This document shows, one piece after another, positions 40,185-50,470 of a stretch of 64,000 nt of DNA. Positions within the stretch are counted from its first letter, which is position 1. Each line of letters starts with the position of its first letter. The position numbers and the translations under genes were made by a program. Source of the DNA: a bacterium. Lineage in GTDB: Bacteria; CLD3; SB21. Location: positions 1-64,000 of the forward strand of contig JABWCP010000008.1 in assembly GCA_013360215.1 (NCBI GenBank), read 5' to 3'. A model generated the notes under the pieces. That model was not told the origin of the DNA. It saw nothing but the letters and a program-made list of their open reading frames with translations, and ran no database searches.

Positions 40185-40643
40185 ATGCAACATAACATCA
40201 AAATTTTAATCGCATCAGTTTTGCTTTTAGCATGCAACAGCCCCGAGCCGAAAATTTCGGTACAATCGGAGAATGAAAAAATCGTCCGGCAGTATTATGA
40301 ATACTTTAATAATCACGCATGGGAAAAAATGGCGGGCATGTACACGGAGGTATCCGAATTTAAAGATCCTTCGCTGGGACCCGGTATCGTAAAACAAACA
40401 AGGCAACAAATCATTCAAAAGTATACCGAATTGAGTACGATGTTCCCCGATGTCAAAGACGAAATCATTCAGACCTACCCTTCCGGCGATAAACATATCA
40501 TCGTTGAGTTTGTTTCTACCGGGACGGCGCCCGATAACACCAAGTTTCAATTACCGATTTGTACCGTTTTTACGATTGAGAATGGCTTGATTAGCAAAGA
40601 CTTCACGTATTACGATAATTTTGAAACAAAAACGACGAACTGA
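40185..40643 (+). CDS. NTF2/SnoaL-like lipoprotein
   Basis: LLAC lipobox; YYEYFNNHAWE, ICTVFTIENGLISKDFTYYD. Confidence 0.8.
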   Translation: MQHNIKILIASVLLLACNSPEPKISVQSENEKIVRQYYEYFNNHAWEKMAGMYTEVSEFKDPSLGPGIVKQTRQQIIQKYTELSTMFPDVKDEIIQTYPSGDKHIIVEFVSTGTAPDNTKFQLPICTVFTIENGLISKDFTYYDNFETKTTN

Positions 40644-40804
40644 TTTTTCAGGCTCTTAGTACTAATCCGGCATACGACGCAGCTTTACGCTTCACGCATC
40701 ACGCATGCCGATGAAACTTTTGTTTACGGATTTACGTTTGAGGTGGTAACACTTTGTAACACGTAATTCCGACGTGTTGATGGCATTCTAAAACGAAATG
40801 AATT

Positions 40805-41974
40805 ATGAAAAATGCGATGTACGGGTTGTTATGGAGTTGGATTCTGGTTTCCGTTGTGCACGGGCAAACTATTTATAAAAACAAACTGGACGTGCTTTTA
40901 AAAAAAGCCGAACAGACGCATTCGGAAGCCGTGATCGTCTATAAGGACAACCAACTAGTTACCGAAAAATATTTCGGCATCGGACAGGCCGATACCAAAA
41001 TCGAAAGCATGTCCTGCACCAAAAGTATTGTCGGTTTGGCCGTGGCGTGCATGCTCTCCGATCAAACGCTGGCTAGTCTGGATGAACCCGTGTCCCGATA
41101 TTATCCGGAATGGCGGCAAGGCCAAAAACAAGCGATCACGGTGCGGCATTTAGTCAATATGACATCCGGTTTGCAAAATCATCCCAATGCTTCCGTTGAA
41201 ATCTATCCGAGCCCCGACTTCGTACAGCTTGCGCTGGCCGCGGAATTAACATCCAAACCCGGCGAAGTCTGGTCCTATAATAACAAATCACTAAACCTTA
41301 TGGCCGGCGTGATCAAAAAAATCACCGGCCAACGTATGGATCAGTATATCGGCGAACGCCTTTTCAAACCACTGGGCATCACGGAATTCAGTTGGTCGCT
41401 GGACAGCGCAGGTAACCCGCACGTCATGTCAGGATGCCAAATCAAACCCGGCGACTTCGCTAAAATCGGACTTCTTTTGCTCAATAACGGAAAATACAAT
41501 AACCAAACCATCATCGCTGAAAAATACATACAGGAAGTGATCACACCATGCAAGCCGTATCCGGGTTACGGGATACTGTGGTGGATTGACTACGAAAAAA
41601 CGACCTCCATCGTTGATGATGAGATCGTGCGCGAACTTCAGAAAGCAGGCGTCGCAGAGGACTTTGTCCAAAAAGCCAAGGCCATGCAAGGAACGTACGC
41701 TAGCAACGATGCCTATTACGCTAAACTACTCACCGTTTTCGGAGCTAATCCCTGGGAATACATCAATACTACGCTCGGCGCCAATCTTCGACTGCGCAAA
41801 AAAGAATTTAGCGGTCATGTGACCTATCGGGCGGACGGGTATTTAGGAAACTATATCATCGTGGATTTTAAAACCAAAATCGTCGCCGTTCGGATGATCA
41901 GCCACCAAAGTTTTCAGGACGAAACCGATAACTTCAATGATTTTGCAAAAATGGTATTAAAACTATCCGAATAA
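40805..41974 (+). CDS. serine hydrolase (beta-lactamase class C-like), secreted
   Basis: Signal peptide, SCTK (SxxK), ITVRHLVNMTSG, PGEVWSYNN (YxN). Confidence 0.9.
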   Translation: MKNAMYGLLWSWILVSVVHGQTIYKNKLDVLLKKAEQTHSEAVIVYKDNQLVTEKYFGIGQADTKIESMSCTKSIVGLAVACMLSDQTLASLDEPVSRYYPEWRQGQKQAITVRHLVNMTSGLQNHPNASVEIYPSPDFVQLALAAELTSKPGEVWSYNNKSLNLMAGVIKKITGQRMDQYIGERLFKPLGITEFSWSLDSAGNPHVMSGCQIKPGDFAKIGLLLLNNGKYNNQTIIAEKYIQEVITPCKPYPGYGILWWIDYEKTTSIVDDEIVRELQKAGVAEDFVQKAKAMQGTYASNDAYYAKLLTVFGANPWEYINTTLGANLRLRKKEFSGHVTYRADGYLGNYIIVDFKTKIVAVRMISHQSFQDETDNFNDFAKMVLKLSE

Positions 41975-42005
41975 AATAATGCGCTTATCGGAATGACTCA
42001 TTTAC

Positions 42006-42073
42006 GTCATGGTGAGCGGAGTCGAACCATGACCAAGTTTAGTAAAATCCGTCTTCGGCTTCGCTCAGACTGA
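42006..42073. repeat. single REP-like palindromic element
   Basis: GTCATGGTGAGCGGAGTCGAACCATGAC followed by the inverted partner CTTCGGCTTCGCTCAGACTGA. Confidence 0.6.
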
Positions 42074-42180
42074 AGAGCCTCTAAACTCGGTTTTTCTGAA
42101 ACTTTTTACTCTGTATGCGTATATCTCTAATACGATCGCATCCGTAGTCTATTCTACAAAGTTTCAGGAAAGGCTCTATC

Positions 42181-42375
42181 GTGAAGTGGTTAACACAATC
42201 TCAAAAATTGTATGTACTCATTTTCAAAATGAGTTTATTTTTCATCATGCCTTTGCTTTTACTAACGGTACTGCCGATGATCGGTGTCGCCTGGTTATCC
42301 GAAATAGCCCTGGCCGCTTTGGTCGCCGGCATGATCCTGACGATCACCAAACTGCGCGAACGTATTTTTTTATAA
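42181..42375 (+). CDS. small membrane protein
   Basis: 64 aa, two hydrophobic segments, GTG start with AGGAAAGG upstream. Confidence 0.5.
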   Translation: MKWLTQSQKLYVLIFKMSLFFIMPLLLLTVLPMIGVAWLSEIALAALVAGMILTITKLRERIFL

Positions 42376-42394
42376 ATCTAACCCCGTATGTCCC

Positions 42395-43297
42395 ATGAAA
42401 AATTGTTTCAAAACCATCCTTCTTTTTTTGAGTTTTGTTTTGACCTATGCGCTACAAATCAAAGCGCAGGAACCCGACTCGGCATCGCCGCTCAAACCCC
42501 TGGTCGAAGCCGAGCGCAGTTTTGCCAAAATGGCTGCCGCCGAAGGTGTGCGCAATGCCTTCGTTCACAATCTTGCCGATAAAGCGCTGATGTTTCGCAA
42601 TGGCCCCATCAATGGCAAAGAATTATGGGAAAAGCGCAAACCCGCGCCGTTTTTACTCAAATGGGAACCGGAGTTTGCCGACATCGCCGCCTCCGGTGAT
42701 TTTGGTTTTACGACAGGTCCTTGGGAGATACAGGAATATCGCCCGCTCACGGAGTCCGGCGGCTACGGATACTTCACATCGGTATGGAAAAAACAAACTG
42801 ATGGCACATGGAAAGTCGTACTCGACATCGGTACATCCAATCCGAAACCGGCGACATACACCTACGCTTTGCAGTACCCGCCGGGCGCCGATAAAGTCCG
42901 ATCGTTTACCCCCGTCGCTAAGCTCGATGCCGTACGGGACGAACTGATCCAACGCGATGCCGCGCTGGGCCGCTCGACGGCAGCGTCATTCTCGGCCCCG
43001 TCGTTTTTCGAAGCGCTATCAAGCGATGCACGTTTGCAGCGCAATGAATACCTGCCCACGACCCATCGCGATACGATCGCAGCACGTTTGCGCGGGATCA
43101 CCGCTTGGGAATCCCAACCCATCGGCGGCGATGTAGCCGCTTCCGGTGACCTCGGCTACACGTACGGGACGTACACTATCCGACGCGGCGAGGCTTCCGA
43201 AAAGGGCCACTACGTGCGCTTCTGGAAACGTAACGAAAAAAACCAATGGAAAATCACACTGGATCTCACCGATCCTTCACCGGAAGTCAAAAAATAA
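42395..43297 (+). CDS. secreted protein with two NTF2-like (DUF4440/YybH-like) domains
   Basis: Signal peptide; internal repeat DIAASGDFGFTTG..WKK..DGTWKVVLD / DVAASGDLGYTYG..WKR..NQWKITLD. Confidence 0.82.
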   Translation: MKNCFKTILLFLSFVLTYALQIKAQEPDSASPLKPLVEAERSFAKMAAAEGVRNAFVHNLADKALMFRNGPINGKELWEKRKPAPFLLKWEPEFADIAASGDFGFTTGPWEIQEYRPLTESGGYGYFTSVWKKQTDGTWKVVLDIGTSNPKPATYTYALQYPPGADKVRSFTPVAKLDAVRDELIQRDAALGRSTAASFSAPSFFEALSSDARLQRNEYLPTTHRDTIAARLRGITAWESQPIGGDVAASGDLGYTYGTYTIRRGEASEKGHYVRFWKRNEKNQWKITLDLTDPSPEVKK

Positions 43298-43313
43298 AAC
43301 TGTCGCTGATTTT

Positions 43314-43590
43314 TAACCTCGGCGTCTCGGCAAGAACGTGTCCTACATCCCGGTCATTGCGTAGGTTTGCCGTGTCGAAATGACCGATAAAAACCAATCT
43401 CTCGCAAAGTCGCTAAGAGAACCTGAAAAATATTCTTAATAAACCTCTTGTACCTTGGCGTCTCCGCGGGAACGTATCCTATGTCATTTCGTAGGTTTGC
43501 CGTATCGAAATGACCGATAAAAACCAAGTTCTCGCCAAAACAGCTAGAAACGAATTCATTTCATACGTACGTCGCCTACTTTACGAGAAT
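43314..43590. repeat. 130-bp tandem repeat (~2 copies) of the palindrome family
   Basis: GTCATT..GTAGGTTTGCCGT.TCGAAATGACCGATAAAAACCAA at 43353 and 43483; arms CTCGCAAAGTCGCTAAG / CTTGGCGTCTCCGCGGG. Confidence 0.88.
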
Positions 43591-43899
43591 TCTAGAAACA
43601 TAAAAAAATCAGGCTATTCCGTAAATTCATGAGATAAATAAGAAATAAAAACACATTTCATTTTTTCGCATGTAAATCAAAAGAATAAGAAAAAACTAAA
43701 AGCCTCTTAACTCCTTGTAAAACACCAAAACGCTATGCGACTTAAAAAAACATTAGCCGCTTTTATTAAATTTAAATTCACACAATAAGCCTAACTTAGG
43801 AGTGTATGAATACACTAAAAAGCATCATTCAATTTGGTAGAGACATATACAACATATGCATATTACATTGTAAACAATAAGACTATAAGTTAAATCCAT

Positions 43900-45021
43900 A
43901 TGAGTAAAATATTCAAACTAAGCGCACTTTATTTGTTCCTCATACTTTGCGCGTGTAACTCAAATAATTCGAAAAAAAATGAAAGTAATAAGCAAGCCCA
44001 AACTGCGGACTTAATATTAAAATTGCATCAAATAATAACTCCATTTGTCGATAAAGGTTTTGTTGGAGTTGTACTTTTTGCCGACTCGTCTGATATAATC
44101 ATGAATAGAGCTTATGGGAAAAGCAAAAACAATCATGACTCAAATACGACTTTTTGGATTGCATCCAACACAAAACCCATCACCGCTATCGCAATATTAA
44201 AACTACAAGAAGATGGAAAACTTTCCGTTAAGGACAGCATTACTAAGTTTTTAAAAAACGTTCCATCAGACAAAAAAAATATTACGATCGAACAATTACT
44301 TACTCATTTATCAGGTTTGCCAAGTGATTTTATTGCAGAAGGTGAACAAAATATGGAGTTGGCTGTTAAGCAAATTCTGTCTCAAAAACTGATTTCTGAA
44401 CCGGGAAAGGAGTTTAATTACACCAATGACGGGTACATTCTCCTTGCAGCAATAATTGAGTTAAGTTCAAACAAAAAATACGAATCGTATATAAGAGATG
44501 CTGTGTTTACCAAATCCGGTATGACTAATTCAGGTTTTTGGGGAGGCGACGATATTGCCGTAGATCCGGTGAATGATTCAGCTAAATACTACCCGTTTTA
44601 TCCGAAAATATTCAGAGATGGAAAAACTCTCGAGAATTGGAACAATAAAGGCGCTGCTGGAATAAGCAGCAATACAGCAGATCTTTATAAGATGATGATT
44701 GCTCTTAATAGTGGACAACTACTTAATCAAATCTCTTTAAGAGAACTGTTTCGACCTAGATTTGAACTTAGCAACACAAATGATACTATTTTATCTTTTG
44801 CTTATGGATGGGCAATTGTTCAATCCAAAGAAAATGTTCTGGAAATCAGGCATCGCGGAAGAGGTGATTGGATGCACAATAACAGCATTTATTTCCTAAA
44901 AAATGGTTATAAAATTATTGTTTGGGCAAAAGACACCGGTCCTAACAATAACGCATGGAGTACAGAAATCTGCAAAAGTTTAATCCAAGAACTAAACTTA
45001 CTTGAGAAGGCTAATCGTTAA
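43900..45021 (+). CDS. serine hydrolase (beta-lactamase-like) lipoprotein, AT-rich
   Basis: LCAC lipobox, IASNTK, ITIEQLLTHLSG, PGKEFNYTN, HRG. Confidence 0.88.
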   Translation: MSKIFKLSALYLFLILCACNSNNSKKNESNKQAQTADLILKLHQIITPFVDKGFVGVVLFADSSDIIMNRAYGKSKNNHDSNTTFWIASNTKPITAIAILKLQEDGKLSVKDSITKFLKNVPSDKKNITIEQLLTHLSGLPSDFIAEGEQNMELAVKQILSQKLISEPGKEFNYTNDGYILLAAIIELSSNKKYESYIRDAVFTKSGMTNSGFWGGDDIAVDPVNDSAKYYPFYPKIFRDGKTLENWNNKGAAGISSNTADLYKMMIALNSGQLLNQISLRELFRPRFELSNTNDTILSFAYGWAIVQSKENVLEIRHRGRGDWMHNNSIYFLKNGYKIIVWAKDTGPNNNAWSTEICKSLIQELNLLEKANR

Positions 45022-45159
45022 TATCGTAAAGACAAAACCATACTATATGATCAACATTGGCTATTAAAATGAATATTTGAACCAATGTTGTGAGCTGATT
45101 TTTTTTATTGTTCACGCGTCGCTAACGCCAAATCCGTTTTCACACAGTAAAGTAAAACT

Positions 45160-45480
45160 ATGCGAACAAGAAATTGATTACAAAACCATCTTTAGTTATA
45201 AAATGCCTCTCCTCCTAATATTTGGAACGCATTAGCCAACCCCGAACAAGCAAAAGAATGCTTTTAAACATAGAGCTGTCGTTTGGCAACAACATTCTCA
45301 ATGAAGTATTTTGATGGACTACCTGATGATAGAATATGGACTTTTGATCAATTGGAAAAGGCATGAACCTTAAAATTATCCATTACTAATAGATAATATA
45401 CCCGCAGAAAAGCAAAAAACCTTCGGGCGAGTTTTGGAGTGAAGCTCTCTTGAAGATGAAACAACTAGTCGAAAACCAAT
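45160..45480 (+). pseudogene. decayed SRPBCC/AHSA1-like gene
   Basis: Frameshifted fragments NASPPNIWNALANPEQAKECF* and EFWSEALLKMKQLVENQ resemble SRPBCC N- and C-termini; several stops. Confidence 0.6.
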
Positions 45481-45680
45481 CTCTCGCAAAGCCGCTAAGA
45501 GAAACTGAAAAATATTCTTAATAAACCTCTTGTGCCTTGGCGTCTCTGCGGGAACGTATCCTAGGTCATTTCGTAGGTTTGCCGTACCGAAATGACCGAT
45601 AAATACAATGCCTAGCAAAGCCGCATAGAAAATTGAAAGATATTCTTACTAAAATCGCACGTCTTAACGTCTCTTAACGG
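45472..45680. repeat. further copies of the 130-bp palindrome-family unit (one near-intact, one degenerate)
   Basis: 45472-45603 is nearly identical to 43390-43522. Confidence 0.88.
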
Positions 45681-45821
45681 TTTGAAGCTCTACTAATAAC
45701 GATTTGCGTTGGGAAGACGAAAAATGTAAAACAAATAGCAACTAAAATAACAACATGATACATTATGTCGTTAATTTTACCACTTTTCTTTCTTACTAAA
45801 ACGTATGGATCATTGAAGAGT

Positions 45822-46376
45822 ATGACAAATCAAGAAATTATAGAGATACCCAAAATAAGCTTTGACGACAACGGAGAGTTGGTAATCACAGCATCACCGA
45901 CTTCTTCCAAAAATGATTTTGATTTTTATCAGGGTAAATGGAAACTTAAAAATAAGAAATTAAAAACACGATTAAACAATTGTACAGAGTGGGCAGAGTT
46001 TGAATCAACTCAGGACATGTATAAGGTTTTAAACGGACTAGGAAATATTGACAATTTCTTTGCAACATTTGACGGCGTACCATTTGAGGGAATGTCCATC
46101 AGACTGTTTAATCCAAAGACAAAACTATGGAGCATCTACTGGGCTGATTCTAACGAAGGTGTATTACAACCGCCGGTTCTAGGTTCATTTGAAAACAATA
46201 TTGCTCATTTTTTTACAAAGGACATTTTTAACGGGCGCAACATATTAGTCGTATTCCGTTGGGACGTTAGAGACAAAGAAAATCCAATTTGGAGTCAAGC
46301 ATTTTCGGGCGACAATGGTAAGACTTGGGAGTGGAATTGGTATATGTATTGCAGTAAAGTAAATAAGATCGATTGA
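45822..46376 (+). CDS. hypothetical protein (DUF1579-like beta protein)
   Basis: DFDFYQGKW...WSIYWAD...WSQAFSGDNGKTWEWNW; ORF track start 45765, ATG 45822 preferred. Confidence 0.72.
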   Translation: MTNQEIIEIPKISFDDNGELVITASPTSSKNDFDFYQGKWKLKNKKLKTRLNNCTEWAEFESTQDMYKVLNGLGNIDNFFATFDGVPFEGMSIRLFNPKTKLWSIYWADSNEGVLQPPVLGSFENNIAHFFTKDIFNGRNILVVFRWDVRDKENPIWSQAFSGDNGKTWEWNWYMYCSKVNKID

Positions 46377-46612
46377 AGGAAATGCTTGCCGAATGACTTG
46401 AGAGTTGGATAATAAATGAGATAACGAGAAAGCCACACAACCACCCACACCGTGTTTATGTCAGCTGCAGGTGACAGGTTGATATGAAGTTTAGTTTTTT
46501 CGTTCATCCACATTGGAAAATAACGGCTTCGGAAACCGCCGCCTTCATAAGTTCTTCGTCACTTTACGGGTAACTGTAACCGATCTGCATAATGGGTATC
46601 AGGAAAAGTTAG

Positions 46613-47101
46613 ATGAAAGTAATAAATATTCATACGAGAGAAATCGGACAACCCAAGGCCGATATCGCCAAACTGTTAAACACTTTGGCGACGGAAAATG
46701 ATATGATGTTGGCAACAGATAAATGGTCGCCGATGAAATTGGACAAAGGATTACAGGTTGGTTCAAAAGGCGGACACGGACCCATCAAATATGTTGTAAC
46801 GGAGTATCAGCCTGAAAAATCAATCACTTTTCAGTTTAACTTGATCGGTTTTAATGGTTACCACAGATTTGACATCAACGAGGTAGAGCCCAACAAAACT
46901 GAGCTTACACATATTATTGATATGACAACAACAGGTTCAGCGACTTTAAAATGGGTGTTAGCAATTCGTTGGCTGCACGATGCTTACATTGAAGACGCTT
47001 TTGATAAAATCGAAAACCAGTTCACAAAAGACAAAAAAAGTAGCGAATGGAATTGGTGGGTTAAAATTTTAAGAAAAACAATGAAGTCTAAAAAGAAATA
47101 A
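46613..47101 (+). CDS. SRPBCC-like hypothetical protein
   Basis: GSKGGHGPIKYVVTEYQP, GFNGYHRF, IRWLHDAYIEDAFD. Confidence 0.7.
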   Translation: MKVINIHTREIGQPKADIAKLLNTLATENDMMLATDKWSPMKLDKGLQVGSKGGHGPIKYVVTEYQPEKSITFQFNLIGFNGYHRFDINEVEPNKTELTHIIDMTTTGSATLKWVLAIRWLHDAYIEDAFDKIENQFTKDKKSSEWNWWVKILRKTMKSKKK

Positions 47102-47243
47102 AAACGAACACTGATCACCCGTTAAATAAAATAACAGGCTTAATGCTAAATACAACGATCGTTTTTCGATTGAGTATTTGTACTGAAAATCCCGCACCAA
47201 TGCCAAACTGAGAATCCTTAACCTTAACTATCAAACCACCACC

Positions 47244-47642
47244 ATGCCCATCGAATATAGTTTTGACAAAAGACCCTCCGCCGACCAGATCATAGCGCTC
47301 TATGATAGATCGGGTTTGCCGAGACCGACCCAGGACAAAGAACGCATACAAAAGATGTATGACCATTCCGATCTGATCGTAACCGCCTGGGACGGCGACC
47401 TGCTGGTCGGAGTTTCCCGCTCGATCACGGATTGGGTTTGGAGTTGTTACCTCGCCGACCTGGCGATCCATCCCGATTACCAAAAAAACGGCATCGGTAA
47501 GGAACTGGTTCGCCTCACCAAAGAAAAAGTGGGCGAAGAAGTCATGATACTATTGCTTTCGGTTGCCACCGCGATGACCTACTATCCCAAAATCGGAATG
47601 ACCAAAGAAGACCGGGCCTTTACCATTCTCCGGACTAAATAA
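47244..47642 (+). CDS. GNAT family N-acetyltransferase
   Basis: YLADLAIHPDYQKNGIGKEL. Confidence 0.9.
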   Translation: MPIEYSFDKRPSADQIIALYDRSGLPRPTQDKERIQKMYDHSDLIVTAWDGDLLVGVSRSITDWVWSCYLADLAIHPDYQKNGIGKELVRLTKEKVGEEVMILLLSVATAMTYYPKIGMTKEDRAFTILRTK

Positions 47643-47760
47643 ATACTTTCATCCGACCGGAAAAATCACCAAACTTCGTCGGATCGCTTTTATACAGACG
47701 TTCGCACCATCGCGTAACGTCCGATTATTTGATTACTGTCATTTAATAAAACGATACAAC

Positions 47761-48198
47761 ATGCTTACTCGCATTTCGATAAAAGACATTGAACCCGAAG
47801 CGTATAAGGCCATGATGGCTTTAGAAAACTATACCAAAACGATCGGTGTTTCACCACTTCTGACAGAACTCATAAAGATACGCGCTTCGCAGATCAATGG
47901 GTGCGCTTACTGCATAGACATGCACACGGAGTATGCTATTAAGTTAGGCGAAAGCGAAAGACGGCTCTTCGTATTACCGGCCTGGAAAGAATCGCATCTG
48001 TTTTCTGACGAAGAGCGACTGGTTTTACAATTGACAGAAGAAGTCACCTTGATCCATGCGCATGGCGTGCAGGATGATACCTATAATGCCGTCGTAAAAC
48101 ATTTTGGCGAAAAAACAACCGCTCAAATCATAATGCTGATCGTTTTGATTAATTCATGGAATCGCATCGCCGTGACGACAAAACTGATCTACAAATAA
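47761..48198 (+). CDS. carboxymuconolactone decarboxylase/AhpD family protein
   Basis: ELIKIRASQINGCAYCIDMH, INSWNRI. Confidence 0.93.
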   Translation: MLTRISIKDIEPEAYKAMMALENYTKTIGVSPLLTELIKIRASQINGCAYCIDMHTEYAIKLGESERRLFVLPAWKESHLFSDEERLVLQLTEEVTLIHAHGVQDDTYNAVVKHFGEKTTAQIIMLIVLINSWNRIAVTTKLIYK

Positions 48199-48259
48199 TA
48201 TCTGTCGCCGATGAAGCATTACGATCAAGCATAATCTACATAACATATACAGAGGATGT

Positions 48260-48814
48260 ATGGATTTCAATCTGACCTCGGAATTACAAGACTATTTAGA
48301 TAAAAACGAAAAACTGCTTTGGACAGGACAGCCCCGAAAGGGAATTGTTTTTAGTGCGGCGGACATTTTTATGATACCGTTTAGCCTTTTGTGGTGCGGG
48401 TTTGCGATATTTTGGTTTACCACAGCCATTACTTCCGGTGCACCGATTTTCTTTAGCTTGTTTGGGGTTCCATTTGTTGTCATAGGGCTGATGATGGTAT
48501 TCGGGCGATTTATCATAGACGCCAAACTAAGGGAATCGACGATTTACGGTTTGACCGATGAACGCATCATTATCAAGTCCGGCCTATTTAAGAAGACTAT
48601 AAAATCCATACATATCAAAACCCTCGCTGATTTCGAATACGACGAAAAAAATGACGGTAGCGGCACGATCACGATAGGCCCGAAAAATCCGATGATGGTA
48701 TGGGGAAACGGAATGAGCTGGTGGCCAGGAACAAATCCGACACCGTCACTTCATCTGATACAAAACGTCCGGCAAGTGTATAATATGATCATCGAAATTA
48801 AAAAAAAGCGATGA
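48260..48814 (+). CDS. membrane protein with bacterial PH-like domain
   Basis: EKLLWTGQP, two TMs, YGLTDERIII, DGSGTI. Confidence 0.75.
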   Translation: MDFNLTSELQDYLDKNEKLLWTGQPRKGIVFSAADIFMIPFSLLWCGFAIFWFTTAITSGAPIFFSLFGVPFVVIGLMMVFGRFIIDAKLRESTIYGLTDERIIIKSGLFKKTIKSIHIKTLADFEYDEKNDGSGTITIGPKNPMMVWGNGMSWWPGTNPTPSLHLIQNVRQVYNMIIEIKKKR

Positions 48815-48880
48815 ATGGGATACTATAGTGCACTGTTAGCACTTACCATACACGGAATTAAAAAAACTTAAGCAAAGTGA

Positions 48881-49387
48881 TTGATGAAAAACCCGTTTGA
48901 AATAGAAAAAACATACATCACCGAATATTCCCCAAGCCGTATCACGGCCATCGTGCAAGAAACCTTAGAGAAAAAGAACCGTATCGTTTTCTTTTCATCA
49001 AAAACTTTTACCGGCGCGATCAAAGAAAACCATTTCCGTTTCAAAGAAAATGTATGGGCCACCAATAACGGAATGATCTATCCGACCATCCAAGGTACGA
49101 TACTGGGTGATAACCCCACAAAGATACATATCCATATTACACCGCGATACGGGTGGATATTATCGTTCACACTGTGCGCTTTAGTTTTTTTATGTACTGC
49201 TTTTTTTACGGATCGCATGTCCGTTGACGGTATCGAAAGCGCATCAACGCTGTATGAACGATCGGCTTTTGCAATTTTTGGCGCAGGTATTCCAATGCTC
49301 ATGTGTTATGTTACCTGCCTAAGATCCATCAAACATACTGAACGATGGATTATAAAAAAACTCTATCTCAAAGAAATCACTTCATAA
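48881..49387 (+). CDS. hypothetical membrane protein
   Basis: 168-aa ORF with two C-terminal TMs. Confidence 0.6.
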   Translation: MMKNPFEIEKTYITEYSPSRITAIVQETLEKKNRIVFFSSKTFTGAIKENHFRFKENVWATNNGMIYPTIQGTILGDNPTKIHIHITPRYGWILSFTLCALVFLCTAFFTDRMSVDGIESASTLYERSAFAIFGAGIPMLMCYVTCLRSIKHTERWIIKKLYLKEITS

Positions 49388-49536
49388 AATGAAGCATTAC
49401 CCGCCGCAACGTGTATAGACAATTAACCGAAGTACGGCGGCATATACATACCGGCTTTTTATTTTACTTTTTTTTCTTACATTGAGCGGGATGCGTGCCC
49501 GATAATCTTATGATCGAATTACCTATACTCAAACTT

Positions 49537-49953
49537 ATGCCGGCTATAGCCAAATATTTTATCCGATGCGCTTTGGTATTTCTCCTGCTTTCGATCCTGA
49601 TACAGGCGTTGACCCAAGTGGGACCGCATTGGGGTTGGACGACCATTCACAATCTTCAGCCCGTATTTTTTCATTTTTTCTTATTCGGCTGGGTCATGCA
49701 GATGATCATCGGCGTATCGCTGTGGATGTTTCCGTGGCAAGATAAGGCGCAGTTCATACTCCGCGACCGGATCGGTTGGTTTGCGCTTTTGACGATCAAT
49801 AGCGGCCTCGTACTGCGCGGGGTGTGTGAACCGTTTCTCGATCCGTCCTCCGGCGATGCGTTGCGATTCGCGCTTACGGCTTCCGTGATACTGATGTGGC
49901 TGGGATGCGTCGTATATGCCGCGCATATCTGGCAAAGAGTGCGGAGCAAATGA
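49537..49953 (+). CDS. 4-TM membrane protein (heme-copper oxidase subunit I/NnrS-like fragment)
   Basis: HFFLFGWVMQMIIGVSLWMFP motif; ORF track start 49495. Confidence 0.65.
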   Translation: MPAIAKYFIRCALVFLLLSILIQALTQVGPHWGWTTIHNLQPVFFHFFLFGWVMQMIIGVSLWMFPWQDKAQFILRDRIGWFALLTINSGLVLRGVCEPFLDPSSGDALRFALTASVILMWLGCVVYAAHIWQRVRSK

Positions 49954-49954
49954 C

Positions 49955-50380
49955 ATGGATCGCCTCAGTATATGGTGGATTCGCGGCGCGTTGATTTATT
50001 TTGTAGTCGGCGTTACGCTCGGCGCACTTTTACTTTTGCACAAAACCTGGTCATGGGATATGCTCTGGTGGCGTTTGCTGCCGCTGCACATCTACACCAT
50101 GTTGCTCGGTTTTATGATTCCTTTTATCATCGGCGTAGCACACTGGATACTGCCGCGCAACGACGGCCCCCATGATCGCGGCAATCCCAAACTCATTATC
50201 ACCGCCTGGGTGCTATGGCACACCGGCCTCATCGCCGGACTCGTTTCCGAAATCTCCGGATCGGCACGGTCCGCGATCACATTGAGCGTGGCTTTGTGCA
50301 ATAGCGTTGCCGTTATGATCATGTTCACCCAGCTATGGCGACGTCTTCGATTATTCAAACAAATCTATAACGGCAAATGA
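49955..50380 (+). CDS. paralogous 4-TM membrane protein
   Basis: HIYTMLLGFMIPFIIGVAHWILPR; ATG 1 nt after the previous stop. Confidence 0.65.
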   Translation: MDRLSIWWIRGALIYFVVGVTLGALLLLHKTWSWDMLWWRLLPLHIYTMLLGFMIPFIIGVAHWILPRNDGPHDRGNPKLIITAWVLWHTGLIAGLVSEISGSARSAITLSVALCNSVAVMIMFTQLWRRLRLFKQIYNGK

Positions 50381-50470
50381 TCCCCCAGTGCATCAAAATA
50401 TTAAATATGTTTTGATATGAATGCGAGGCGGAAAAAATCTGCTTTTTCCAAAACCTTGTGAGATCTTGAC

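Noticed and set aside
40684-40704. Short TTTACGC TTCACGC ATCACGC heptamer run
   Set aside because: Only three degenerate units with a different consensus from the GGSARAY arrays; too weak to call.
40805-45021. Bona fide beta-lactam resistance genes
   Set aside because: SxxK/YxN motifs are shared by many esterases and peptidases of this fold; specificity cannot be read from the sequence.
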